A stretch of DNA of 64,000 nucleotides from Sphyrna mokarran (lineage: Eukaryota). The translations under genes and the position numbers were made by a program. A model generated the notes under the pieces. It worked only from the letters and a program-made list of their open reading frames with translations, was not told the DNA's origin and did not search any database. The stretch is from the NCBI GenBank assembly GCA_024679065.1, contig JAGIQG010000029.1:12710001-12774000 (forward strand), given 5' to 3'. Within the stretch, counting starts at the first letter, position 1, and each line of letters starts with the position of its first letter. Of this stretch, positions 24,622 through 36,805 are shown one piece after another.

Positions 24622-24760
24622 CTAAAGTTAAAGTTTATTTATTAGCCACAAGTATGGTTACATTAACGCTGCAGTGAAGTTACTGTGAAAATCTCCTTGT
24701 CGCCACATTCCAGCAGCTATTTGGGTACACTGAGGGAGAATTTAACATGACCAATGCACT
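24622..24760 (-). mobile_element. HE1 tail B, 5'-truncated, tail-to-tail with the previous copy
   Basis: TAAAGTTAAAGTTTATTTATTAGCCACAAGT...GGGTACACTGAGGGAGAATTT. Confidence 0.85.
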
Positions 24761-25869
24761 TTGTTCTTTGTAATTGTTAAAAATGTGGTGATCTTTACAG
24801 AGCTATCTCTGTTTGTTGTGAAAGGACTAGATTGCAGGTTCCACTGCTTCTTTTCTCCAAGTCTGATTTCACTTCGACTTCCAATTTGGAAGTTGATAAT
24901 TAAAGGCTTAGATCCGCTGTTGACTTCAACAGTCCAATAGCTCGCCCTTGTAAATTTGCATGCCCGATGCACAGAGTTCATATCTGTGGTGCTGCGGCCC
25001 ACTGAGCAGCAATATAATAAAAAAACAACTTCTCTCCGAGATGAAAATGAGCTTGGTAATCAAATTGAGAATTGACGTTTTACAGACAGAAACCTATTGT
25101 ATCTCAGTCATGAATGGCTGAATACCAGTAACCAATATTGCATTGTCATTATGAACCTCATAACGGTACTAGTGCATAGAATTCTAATCTAAGTTTACAA
25201 TAAAATCCTTTGTTTAACCCTACAATAAACACAATACCACCCTTAATACTATCTGAAGAAAAAACACAAACTAGCTACTCTCAAACAACTTTCTCTATTT
25301 GTGTACTATCTGTAACCTCAATGAAGAGCAAGCTTAATAAATACTTCAGGGTTTCTATTTTCTCACGAGGTAAACATGAATGCAATTAGTTTCTGCACAG
25401 CATCAATCAGCTAGCTGTGTTTAGCATTACTATACATCTTGGGCTGTAACTAAAATACATATGTCCATGAATTTATGCAGTCCACAAAACTGCACCAATA
25501 AGGAGCATTGAGATACAAGAGTCATAAGCATGATTTCCTTTTTCTTCCATCCTGCGCTTGGTCGAGAGTGCTGGTCCCTTAGCTCTGTAAGGCACAAAGG
25601 GAGATGCAATGACCTTCAACTGTTTTGAGTAGTAGCTTTGCTTGGGTGATGTTGACAGAAACTTGCCAGCAAATCCGGATAATAACATGATTCCAGGGGG
25701 TTGAAAGAGAGGTAGAAGATTTATGCTTCTTGACTCGGTGTGCTACACCAACGCTGAGTCAGTGAACGGTCAATGAGAAAAAGGATAACACCCAATGTGA
25801 TGTGAGAGCAGAGAACCATTTCAGTGGATGCTTTCTTATTGGGAAAGCATGAGGAATAGAAATCCTGCT

Positions 25870-26790
25870 GACATAGAACAATACAGCACAAACAGGCCCT
25901 TTGGCCCACGAGTTGCGCCGATCACATCTACCAATCCACAGACCTGTCTATAACCCCCTATCCTATTCTTTTCCATGTACTCATCCAGAAGTCTCTTAAA
26001 AGACCCCAGTGCGTTTGCCTCAACAACCTCCGATGGCAGTCGGTTCCATTCACTCACCACCCTCTGAGTGAAAAACTTATCCCTGACATCTCCTTCGTAT
26101 TTGCTTCCCTGCACCTTAAATCTGTGTCCTCTCGTAGTGACCATTTCAGCTCGGAGAAATAGTCTCTGAGAGTCCACCCTATCTATTCCTCTCAACGTTT
26201 TATAAACCTCTATCAGGTCGTCTCTCCAGTGAGAAGAGTCCCAGCTCCCTCAACCTATCTTCATAAGGCCTGCCTCCCAATCCAGGCAGCATCCTTGTAA
26301 ATCTCCTCTGAACCCTCTCAATACCTCTACATCCTTCCTATAATGAGGCGACCAGAACTGCGCACAATACTCCAACTGGGGTCTGACAAAAGTCTTATAG
26401 AGCTGCATCATTACCTCCTGACTCCTAAACTCTATTCCTCGATTAATGAAGGCCAGTACACCGTACGCCTTCTTGACCACTTCCTCCACCTGCGAGGCCG
26501 ATTTAAGAGTCCTATGGACCCGGACCCTGAGATCCTTCCGCTCTACAACACAGCTAAGACTCCTACCCCTTATATTGTACTCCTTCATCCCATTATTCCT
26601 GCCAAAATGGACCACTACACATTTATCCGCGTTGAAATCCATCTGCCACTTCTCCGCGCAGTCTTGCATCCTGTCTATGTCCCGCTGCAACTTTTGGCAT
26701 CCCTCCAGACCATCCACAACACCACCGACTTTTGTATCGTCGGCGAACTTACTAACCCATCCTCATCCAGGTCATTTATGAAAATGACAA
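25870..26790 (-). mobile_element. Young CR1 LINE (family B), 5'-truncated
   Basis: ORFs 26250-26717(-) QKLQRDIDRMQDCAEKWQMDFNADKC...[24 protein letters not shown] and 25836-26195(-); tail ACATAGAACAATACAGCAC on +. Confidence 0.95.
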
Positions 26791-26887
26791 ATTTCATTTT
26801 CTTGCCTACTTTTTATCGAGAGCTTGAGTGCTGAGTTCAGTTGCACCTTCTCCCATGTTGCCTTAGTGCAGAAAATCTTTCAGAACT

Positions 26888-27830
26888 CATATAGAAAATA
26901 GAAGCAGAAGTAGGCCATTTGGCCCTTCAAGCTTGCTCTACCATTCATTATGATTATGGCTGATCATCAAATTCAATTATTCTGATTTTCTCTTTCCCCC
27001 CATATCCCTTTGATCTCTTCAGCCCTGAAAGCTATATCTAATTTCTTCTTGAATTTACCCAATGGTTTGGCTTCAACTGCTTTCTGTGGTAATGAATTCC
27101 ATAGATTTATCACCCTCTGGTTAAAAAAAACTCCTCCTCACCTCAGGCCCAAAAGGTTTACCCCTTATCCTCAAATTATGATCCCTTATTCTGGACACCC
27201 CCACCATTGGGAACATTCTTTATGAACCTAATCTGTCTAAGGGGTGATCTTATAGAGGTCTATAACATAATGAGTGGTCAACATTTTTTTTCCAAAGATA
27301 GGGGAGTATCAAACTAGAAGGTTTAAGGTGAGAAGGAAGAGATGCAAAAGGGCTCAGAGAGACTACTTTTTCATGCAGAGGGTAAAAAGTGCCTGGAATG
27401 AGCTGCCTGAAATAGCAGTGGAGGCAGGTACAATTTTGTCTTTTCTAAATCATTTAGACAGTCACATGGGTAAGATTGATGTAGAGGAATATGGGCCAAA
27501 CATGGGCAACTGGAACTAGCTTAATGGTTAAAAACTGGGCAGAATGGACACGTTGGGCTGAAGGGCCTGATTTCATGCTGTAAACCTCTATATGGCTGGA
27601 ATTTTATCACCTTGCCCACTCAAGGCTTGTAAGATCCTGCCCAAGGCCAATGGAGAATGATATCCAGCCTATGACTCTAATCCTGTTAGCATTTTAGAAA
27701 TTTCTGTGAGATCAGATCCCCCCTCTCTCTTTTAAACTCCAATGGATATAATCCTAACCAATTTAATCTTTTCTCATATGATAGACCTGCCATCCCAGGA
27801 GTCAGCCTGGTCAACCATTACTGCACTAAG
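26888..27830 (-). mobile_element. CR1 LINE 3' fragment split by a + strand CR1 insertion
   Basis: Same family as 17365-17815; breaks at ...CTGTCTAA (27240) and resumes TCTAATCCTGTTAG (27676). Confidence 0.85.
27241..27675 (+). mobile_element. CR1 3' fragment (family of 58155-60085) with a MITE in its tail (27593-27670)
   Basis: RGDLIEVY...FFPKIGEYQTRRFKVRRKR; TCTAA duplicated at both flanks; MITE termini GGCTGGA...TCCAGCC flanked by TA. Confidence 0.85.
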
Positions 27831-28385
27831 AGATTTAGATTATAGCGGTAGATGCATTAACTCATAACCATGAGGGGAGCAGATAGCAGAATTTTCAGTT
27901 GATTTCAATGGCCATCTTGTAAGTACAGTAAATGTTTTTGTTTGGTTCAATCAAACCATTTGGTAGTGCTGTGATGATACATCTTTTGTTGAGTATTTCA
28001 TTATTGTTGTAAGATAGGGTTCTAAAGGGTGTTGTAAACTTGATTTGTAAAGGATTGCTATCTGTGCCATGATAGCTGTTAGGTAATGGGCTTCTCTCCT
28101 TTCACTTGGCAAGTAGTTAAATGTTTTTGTACAAAATATTATCATCATTTGATCTGGGAATTGAGAACATTAAGTGATTCATGATGAAGAAGAATACTTC
28201 ACCATTATGCCAAAAACAAATTTATTAATGAGCAGTGTCTGCTAGTCATTTTTGTTCACACCTTTATACCGAATTCCCACTGCCCCAAAGTGATTCCCAA
28301 GAGGGTAAAGACAATTCCTTCTTGCAAATCTGTGATGAATGAAGGAGACTGTAGTTTTGTAGATAGTTTAACATCTGTTCCTTTT

Positions 28386-28795
28386 CAGTCCGTGTGTGTG
28401 TTTCAATGTCATTTCCTGTTCAGTCTGTGTGTATGTTTCAGTATCAGTTCTTTACGGTCCATGTGTGTCTCAGTGTCAGCTCCTGTACGGTCCGTCTGTG
28501 TCTCAGTGTCAGCTCCTGTACGGTCCGTCTGTGTCTCAGTGTCAGCTCCTGTACGGTCCGTCTGTGTCTCAGTGTCAGCTCCTGTACGGTCTGTGTGTGT
28601 GTCTCAGTGTCAGCTCCTGTACGGTCTGTGTGTGTGTCTCAGTGTCAGTTCCTGTATGGTCTGTGTGTGTGTCTCAGTGTCAGCTCCTGTATGGTCTGTG
28701 TGTGTGTCTCAGTGTCAGCTCCTGTAGCATCCGTGTGTGTGTCTCGATGTCAGCTCCTGTATGGTGTGTGTATGTCTCGGTGTCAGTTCCTGTAA
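28386..28795 (+). repeat. Minisatellite, ~33-39-bp unit GTCTCAGTGTCAGCTCCTGTACGGTC(C/T)(GT)n, about 11 units
   Basis: Directly visible tandem units with a variable TG spacer; this produces the repetitive SVSAPVRSVC ORFs. Confidence 0.95.
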
Positions 28796-30248
28796 GGTGT
28801 GCACCTCAGTTTGAATACAAGTGCGCCTACATTTTTTTTCATTTATCTTATTGTGCAGACAGTACCAAATTTAGAAAACTGGGCTGAAACTTTTTTCTCA
28901 TTTAGCCTCTTGCCCGATCTTCTCTGTTGAAGTTTCTAAGAGAATTAATTTTGAAAATCCCATTTCAAGTTATGGTCATCCTGCAGCCTGACTGAGACTG
29001 AAAGTGAGACAAGAGCAATAGGTGAACCCTAAAGAGGCTACACAAATTAAAATCACATTAAAACTTGAAATATGTGATCCTTACACTATTTAACCTTGTG
29101 TTTGTTGATATGAGTACAATACCCTTGATGTCCTTAGCAATACAATTTTTCTAATGCAATAAAACCAGACTTGGTACTTAATTAGCAAAGCACAATGTTA
29201 GTGAATGGTCAAGGTAGATAAATCACCAAAATTACTAGAGAAAGGCTGTTGAGGTTATGGAGGGAATTAATCTCCGAGTTAGCTTACCTACATACTGTAG
29301 ACCAAACTCCTACGCTGAATAGCCTCTGAACAGTTTTAATGAACATTTTAATAAACTATTTCATTCGACATTCTTGTGGGATCACCACTCCACAATGGCT
29401 TCTTTTTTCATTTAATTTTCCTTTTTGAATCAACCTTGGTTTGAAACTGTATTGAGAAGATAAGGAGGAATTCCCAGCATGTGAGCTGCAGTTCTGCAAT
29501 TGGCGTATATCAAGTCCAGCGGGAGTGAATGCAGACATACATCTGGATTCTGTAGGTTGTAAGATGCCTAGAGATGTTAACGAAAATAATGTATTTTGTG
29601 CCATTGGAATTCCATTAGCTTTGATTCTGGGTTGACTGAAATAACTTGAAGTCTGAAGGCTAGCACTCTCATTTACTGTGGGGTAATAGCACATGGAATG
29701 TTTAAAATGCTTTTGTATTATTAGCCTGTGCAATATTGGGAATAGTGATTCACTGATGCCTGATGATGTAGATTCAGATATATTGCATCAGTAGATGTCA
29801 TTGCTGTGAGTAATATTTAATATTAATGTTAACCATCTAGGAAACCTCCCAGCTTAACTTGCTTGCATCAGGAGGGAATGCCTGCAGAGCTGGGATTTCC
29901 TGTGTGGAGGTGTAGGGGTGGGCTGTAGTTGAGCCAGCAGGTCTACGAAACAGTTTGGAGACAGCAGTCAGGACTGTGGAGGTGTTGAGGTGAGATGTTT
30001 GAAAGAATCACATCAGCGCTCTGGGTCTTTGCTAGACTCGTACTTAAAGAATAAGATGCTATAGCTGCCACGCCCCTAATACTGTATGTTTTTCCTGACC
30101 CTATCCATGGCATCTCATGTCACACTATGACTGCTCATTCCCCCATGCCAAGGTATGCACCCCATCCTCCCCTTAAGGTCCCTCATGCCATGCTTTGGCA
30201 CTTTGGCCCATTTACTATTAGGCACAGTATAGAATCAATGAATGATGC

Positions 30249-30479
30249 TGTAGTGACATCAACGAGGCCCATGACAATAGTCTCTTGGAGTATGAGCTCC
30301 CTGTTGAGCTTATGATTGCCTGCCCAATCAAGGACTCTCACCTGTATATATTGACGAGTGTCAAAGCTACTGCCACTCTGGATTCTGACTTTGTACCAGA
30401 CACATTCTCAGGAATGGAATTGAGTTTGTAAGTAAAGGGAATCTGATGTAGGGACACCGGCCTCTGAGGAATTATTTCA
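30249..30479 (+). mobile_element. Solo LTR, ~230 bp, uninterrupted (LTR-3)
   Basis: TGTAGTGACATC...GAGGAATTATTTCA termini, CCAAT (30324), TATATA (30345), AGTAAA (30431); colinear with the reverse complements of 42066-43245 and 61729-62471 once their inserts are removed. No clear TSD. Confidence 0.7.
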
Positions 30480-31029
30480 CTTACAGTGACAGTAGAAACT
30501 CCATATCGATCAATGAATGACTTGTTTTAAAAATGACTTTACATGTCCTTTGTCACTATCTGATTTGTTGTTTCTATCCAGGGTCTATTGGGTGAATGGA
30601 CATGTAAGTGCCATGGTTTTGTATGAGGGGCCAAACAGAGTGGATGGGAGGGCCTTTCGTAGCATCTGGGGCATGAGGAGAAACTTTTGAACTTACCTTT
30701 CAAAATATTCCCTCAGTCTGAGTCTAGTTAACCCCTGAGGTTCAGTGAAATGTGTCTCTTCGAAAAACTGGCCCAACTCCATGAAAAGTGTAGGGGACGA
30801 GGGCACGCTTGTCCCCAAAATGGAGCTGGAAAAGTTGGCAGGATGCCGGCTCATGACCTAAACCAACTCGCAGCTGAAAGGACTCTGCTGAAAATCAAAA
30901 ACCCCAAGAATGGGGCCAGGAATCTAATCTCGGGTGCTAGTTCTTATTCTTCCAAGGAATCTCCCTGGCTACATGAAACTCCATGGTGTCAGCTGCAGCT
31001 CACTTGGCAACCATCATGCTTCTTGGGTG

Positions 31030-31480
31030 TGTGTGAGGGTGAGTGTCCTGTTCTCTGACTTAAATACAAAAATCTCTAGTGCCACACGGAGGGAGGGTTG
31101 CACTGTCTGTGCAAACATCTTTTGGAACGGTCATTAACTAAGGTCTCCTCTGCTACCCTCTCTCCGTGCTTACACGCACACACACACACACAGCCTCTCT
31201 CTCTCTCTCTCTCTCCCCCCCCCACCCCCCAGCAGTGGATATAAACGATCTTATTTCACTCTTTTAGAAAGGAGTCAGGGAATTATCACTGGCACCCTAG
31301 CCATCATTTATACCAGTTGCCAAAGCAAAAACAGATTATCTGACTTTGCTGTTTCTGAAAGCTTGACGTATGCATATTTTCAGCCACATTTCCCAAATTA
31401 TAACAATGACAGCACTTCACGAAGAGACAGACAAACATCCTGAAGCCATGAGAGATGCTGTTTAAGTGAAAAGTCTTTCT
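31030..31480 (+). mobile_element. SacSINE1-like Deu-SINE with an internal (CA)n/(CT)n/poly-C tract (~31175-31230)
   Basis: GAGGGAGGGTTGCACTGTC...AAACAGATTATCTG...GAGATGCTGTTTAAGTGAAAAGTCTTTCT. Confidence 0.7.
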
Positions 31481-31669
31481 GTTTAAGGATTCGAAAAGTT
31501 CACACATTTTCTTTGAAAGAATATTAATCTGATTTGAGTTATTCTGAATTGACTGTAATATAATTGTGAAATATTGAATAGAATTCTGATATTCACGCAC
31601 AGTAATTTATTCTGGTTTGAACAAATATAGAAGTATTGATTTTTGTCCTGTTGTGCCTCCTGCAGAGTC

Positions 31670-32594
31670 TGTTTTAACCCTTGTACAGTCGACAAAGAAT
31701 TGCGAGTAGACTTCTCATTAGTACAGTGGTACTCATTCACACACAATTATTAAGCACCCACTCAATCAATACTAAGCTATCTTACAGAATACCAAAATTC
31801 AAGTCCAATATAGACCTTAACTTTTGCGTGACTGGCAAGTATCCAGACAGATATTGGCCTTTATCCGCATGTTGATCTCAGTAGTGCTCAGCATAGTCTA
31901 ATCCTTTGGCCTACTCTGATACCCTGGCTGTGGTCTTCCTTCCCTCCTTGTGCTGATCGTTACTGGCAATGGCCACCATTGTTGTTGTTTTTTCATTGAG
32001 AAGAGAGACATACTTCTGTTGTGCAGCAGATTTTATATTGCATTGGTTTTGTGCCCTTTTGGTGGTCTCTTGATTATTGCCAATCAGTCAATCAGGGATT
32101 GATCACCCTGATCAATAGAGTCAATCAGGTGCTGCCGCACCGATCTCTGGGTGTATACCCAACGGCCATGTCAATAGGTGCTGGAGGCACGTGGGTGATA
32201 TACCTCCCTCCCAAGTAAGGGGTTAAGGTGCCCCTGTGTCTGGTAAACAAACTAGTTTGACCAGAAAATGTCCTTTATCCTCGAGATGGCCAGTATGCTG
32301 TGTATTCCAGCTCCTGATGTGGAGATGCTGGCATTGGACTGGGATAAACACAATAAGAAGTCTCACAACACCAGGTTAAAGTCCAACAAGTTTATTTGCT
32401 AGTGGCATTTGCTACCAAATAAACCTGTTGGACTTTAACCTGGTATTGTGAGACGTCTTACTGTATTCCAGCTCCTGCAGCTGCAACCTGTTTATCTCTG
32501 TTCAATTTCTTTTGACGTTGTAGCCTGTCTGTTTCTGTACTTGTCCAATTATCCCAGTGTGCTCTTGTAAACTTAGGTGGCCTGTTTGTCCACA
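31670..32594. mobile_element. Possible longer solo LTR hosting the Penelope insert
   Basis: TG...CA-bounded, CpG-retaining segment with CCAAT/TATA-like motifs; possible GAGTC/CAGTC flanks. Family not recognised. Confidence 0.35.
32315..32463. mobile_element. Penelope-like element, inverted-repeat remnant with a 16-bp direct duplication
   Basis: Arms ~32351-32403 and 32411-32463 are inverted copies; TGTATTCCAGCTCCTG at 32301-32316 and 32462-32477. Confidence 0.8.
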
Positions 32595-32809
32595 GTCTTT
32601 CCACAGTGAATGGAAATGTTTTGTGTGAATGTAAAATCCACTTGAAGTTCCCTCGGGATTAGTCTGTTCAGTAGGTGGTGTTAGATAGCAAGTTTGCAAA
32701 CCATGATTCACTCCACAAGCATCTTCAAACAATACCATACTGTATGGATGCCATCCATGCCTTCAACTTACTAAAATGCCCAATGGGCTTCCTGGGAGGG
32801 TTTTCAAAC

Positions 32810-34015
32810 AAATTTTGACAGTGAACCATAGAAAGCAATATTAAGTCACATGCCAAATGTTTCAAAGAGCATCCTCAGGCAGAATAAACGTGGAGAGGTT
32901 TTGGGAGGAAATTTACAGAGATGGACAGCACAGCTGTCAGTAAAGTCATGGAGACTTTTAAAAACGTTTTAGAATGAGAATTCTCATTTTGATTAAACAG
33001 GTGTTACTGTAGGTCAAACACAGGGAGAGGGTGAATTGGACTTAGTGTGAGCATATATGGTCAGTGGAGTTTTAATTGACGTCAAGTTAATGGAGGGTGA
33101 TGTAGTGGTTTGTTAATGGACTATGAACCCAGAAGGCTAGGCGGGGTGCAGGAACAAGGGTTCAGATCCCACCATGGCAACTAGTGGAATTTGAATCCAA
33201 ATAATTGTTGGGAATTGAAAAGCTGGCCTCTATGATGATGACCATAAAAGCATTTCCAATTGATATATAAAAAAACAATTCCCGGTAGGAAAGGAAACCT
33301 GCCATCCTTGCTCTGTTCTGGGCAACATGATTCAAGGCATGTGGCAATGTGGTTGAATCTTGACCTTCCCTCTGAAATGACACTGCAAGCCATTCAGTTC
33401 AAGGACAGTTAGGGATGGACAACAATTGCTGGCCTTGTCAGCGATGCCCACATTCCCATAAAAGAGTGAAAAAAAAGCTTGACCATCGAGGAATCTGTTA
33501 GGATAGTCAAGTCCGTAAACTGAAATGATTTCAGTAGCAGATGAGCCAATGGGATTGCAGATGGCCATTGTTGTGAAAGTAGAAATTAACCAGTTGATGC
33601 AAATGCATGGTTAGGAGCTGGTTTTTGAGTCAATTATGACACTAAGGTTGTGAACAGTCTGGTTTGCCTCAGTTTCCAGAGGTGGATGTTAGAGATGGTG
33701 GCTGGTGAACAGAGTTTGTGGCAAGAGCCAATGTCAATGGCAGCAGTTAAAAGTAAAGACAACTTGAATTTTAACCGAAATACATCAAGGTCAGGCAGCT
33801 CAGCCCCATTCTTCCCCATTTTTAAATGACTATGATTGAGGCTCTGACAAACGGCAGGCAAGGGTCTGATTAACATTCTAAAATCACAGCCTGATGACTG
33901 AATTGATCCAGAGATTGAAATGGCATGGTAGGAGGAGAATGTTCCAAGTATGGCATTCCCAGCAGCTGATCCGAGGCAGGTGCTGCTGAATCTCCAAGAG
34001 CAGTAACTATTTTAG
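32810..34015 (-). mobile_element. Old L2-like LINE fragment, interrupted by a SINE
   Basis: GTGGAGAGGTTTTGGGAGGAAATTTACAGAG and GAGTCAATTATGACACTAAGGTTGTGAACAGTCTGG resemble reversed L2 3' sequence; degenerate. Confidence 0.5.
33095..33475 (+). mobile_element. tRNA-derived SINE sharing its 3' tail with the LINE at 19555-20150
   Basis: GTGATGTAGTGG...GGGTTCAGATCCCACCATGGCA head; tail AAGGACAGTTAGGGATGGACAACAATTGCTGGCCTTGTCAGCGATGCCCACATTCC. Confidence 0.75.
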
Positions 34016-34019
34016 CACT

Positions 34020-34315
34020 TGTGGGATGACACAGCAGCATAGTGATTAGTATTGCTGCCTCGCAGTGCCTGAGCCCTGGGTTCAATTTCTGCCATTGTCT
34101 GTGCGGAGTCTGCACTTTCTCCCTGTATCTGCATGGGTTTCCTCCCACAGTCTGAAAGGCGTGCTGATTAGGTATATTGGGCCATGCTAAATTCACCCTC
34201 AGTGTACCCAAACAGATGCCAGAGTGTGGCAACTCGGGGGGGGGGGGGTGGATAGTTTGACAGTTACATTATTGCAGTGTTAATGTCCTTGTGAAACTAA
34301 TAAAATAAAGATAAA
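34020..34315 (+). mobile_element. HE1-type V-SINE, tail B, with poly-G expansion
   Basis: Head, core, CTCAGTGTACCCAAACAG..., G-run at ~34236-34248. Confidence 0.85.
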
Positions 34316-35694
34316 CTTCTTGTGGGCTATCAATAGGAATGCTCCCCACCAAGCCCCACAATGAAGCCTCCTCCTTCTCCTGTACCCGTGATCATCCTTC
34401 TAATGTTCCGTCACAAATACTGGACTCTTGTCACTGATACTGCCCTCCATCCTCCCCATCATCCATCTGAAATCCAATCTCTTTAAGCATAGTTTTGGTC
34501 ACGTTTGCCTTGTCTTTCTTTCAATGATGCTGAATCTGTTTTCCTTGCATTTCTGTGAAGCCTGTTGGTAAGTTTCCACCATTAAAGAGACTTGAGAAGT
34601 GCCAACTTGTATTTTTATCGTGGCAATTGTCAGGAATTTAATTGTGCAAATAGTCGATCACTTGTCATTCTTACTAATGACAGCATAATGGACACTAATA
34701 GCGTTTAACAGTGAGCTATTTTTAATAACTTTAATACATAATTTTTTTTAGCTTTAAGTGGTACTTGCAAACGGACCTTTTCAAAGTGAATCCTAACACA
34801 AACAATTTTGCATTTTCCCAAACGCTGGCGGATTGCGATGTGTCATAATCGTTAAATCATTAAGTAAGCCTGACGAGTGCTTGGAATAGCTCACTGCACG
34901 TAAATGTTATTTATATTGTGGATGTGTGTGTGGGGTGCATGTAAAATCTTTGTCATGACAAAATCATTGGCCGAAATCAAGCAGTGTGAAACAGAAGATG
35001 TGAAGGTGAAACAATGCAGCCTGATGAACAATAAACGACTGCCTTTATCTCCTTTGCTTCCTTCTGAGTCCACATAGTTTTCCATTTGCTGTTTGGTTCA
35101 GTCGCACGGACAGCCTGCGAATGTGCCTCAGTCAATAAGGCATTCGTCTCTGAGGAAAACGTCTGGAATGCTGTTCTCAAAAGCGATTATCAAGATTAAT
35201 CAATGCTTTTACATGCATCTGAATCTGTCGATGTTGTACCACTATAAATTGTTGAGAGCTTTATTTTTCGGAATGGCTATCTTGGGCCAGAATTTATCGT
35301 GTACAGATCTTACATACCAAAGTATTCATGATTTCTCGTTGCATGAATGGATCATATCCTTGTATACTTAAAAATAGAAACCACTGGAAAATCTCAGCAG
35401 CATCTGGGGGAGAGAAAAACAGAATTGAAGTTTTGAGTCCAATATGACTACTTGGGATGAAAGCAAAATATTACGGATGCATGGAATCTGAACTAAAACA
35501 GAAAATGCTGGTTTGATAACCCCCCACGATCTGCATGGGAATCACTCCTATTTGGGCTTGTTGAATACGAAATCCCTGGAGATTGGTAATGAGCCAATTG
35601 GAAAGCGTTCGTATAATGAGCTCTATATAAAGCAAGACTCTGAGCAGGCTCATGAATCTGGTTATTGTTATTGTTTATTTTCATTTTGTGCATT

Positions 35695-36010
35695 TGGAGT
35701 GGCACAGTAGTTAGCACTCCTGCCTTACAGTGCCAGGGCGTCAGTTAAATTTCAGCCTTGGGTGATTATCTGTGTGGAGTTTGCACGTTCTCCCTGTTCT
35801 GTGTGAGTTTCCTCCATGTGCTCCAGTTTTCTCCACATTCCAAAGATGTGTGGGTTAGGTTGACTGGCCATGCCAAATTGCCCCTTATTGACAGAGGAAT
35901 TAAAGGGTAAATATGTGGAGTTACCGGGATAGGGTCTGGGTGAGATTGTTGTCGGTGCAGTCTCGATGGGCCAAATCGGCTCCTTCTGTACAAGGGCTTT
36001 TATGATTCTA
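35695..36010 (+). mobile_element. HE1 V-SINE, tail A
   Basis: GTGGCACAGTAGTTAGCAC...GATGGGCCAAATCGGCTCCTTCTGTAC...TATGATTCTA. Confidence 0.9.
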
Positions 36011-36399
36011 TAAAAAGCACTCCTGGAGTTATTGCAGCTCAAGACCTCAGCAATTCTGACAGTATCTGTGGAGAGAGAGTAGAGTCAACATTTTCAGTCA
36101 GGATCGTTGGCTCTATTCTCTCTCCGTGACTTCTTTGGAATTTGGTCACGTTATCGGTCCCACTCTGAAGGGGAATATTTTGGGAAGATGGAGTTGATAA
36201 GGCGGTGCAGAGTTTTAACTCACTGAACATTCACCTTGTGCTCATGACAAGACTGGGAACGTTTCTGGCTTTGGAGTCTTGACCATATAGGTATTTATTC
36301 ACATGAACATACTTTGGATTGGGAAGCTGCTGAGCACTGATCCATTTGTTGTTCCTGTTCATAAATGCATACTGGTGCATGAAAGTGCACCTCAAACCT

Positions 36400-36805
36400 G
36401 AGGGTCGTGAACAAAGCCCAGTCCATCGCACAAACCAGCTTCCCAGCAATTGATTCTGTTTACACTATCCACTGCACCAGCAAAGCAACCAGCAAAATTA
36501 AGGAACCCACACACCCCAAATATTCTCTCTTCCACCTTCTTTCATTGGGAAAAAGACAGAAAATGTTGAGGACATATAGCAACCAACTTAAGAACAGCTT
36601 CTTTCCTGCTGCCATCAGACTTTTGAATGGATCTATTTTGCCTTAAGTTGACCTTTCTCTACAGCCTAGCAATGACTATAAGACTACGTTTTGCACTGTC
36701 TCCTTTCTTTCTTAATGAATGGTGTGCTTTGTCTGTATATTTTGCAAGAAACAATACTTTTCATTGTATGTTAATATGTGACAATAATAGATCAAATCAA
36801 ATCAA
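36400..36805 (+). mobile_element. Rex1/Babar LINE 3' fragment
   Basis: ORF 36407-36646 (KAQSIAQT...LKNSFFPAAIRLLN); tail GTGACAATAATAGATCAAATCAAATC. Confidence 0.9.

Noticed and set aside
28386-28795. CRISPR-like array, and Cys/Val/Ser-rich ORFs 28290-28887
   Set aside because: The units are contiguous tandem repeats with (TG)n spacers rather than unique spacers, there are no cas genes, and the context is eukaryotic; the ORFs are repeat artefacts.
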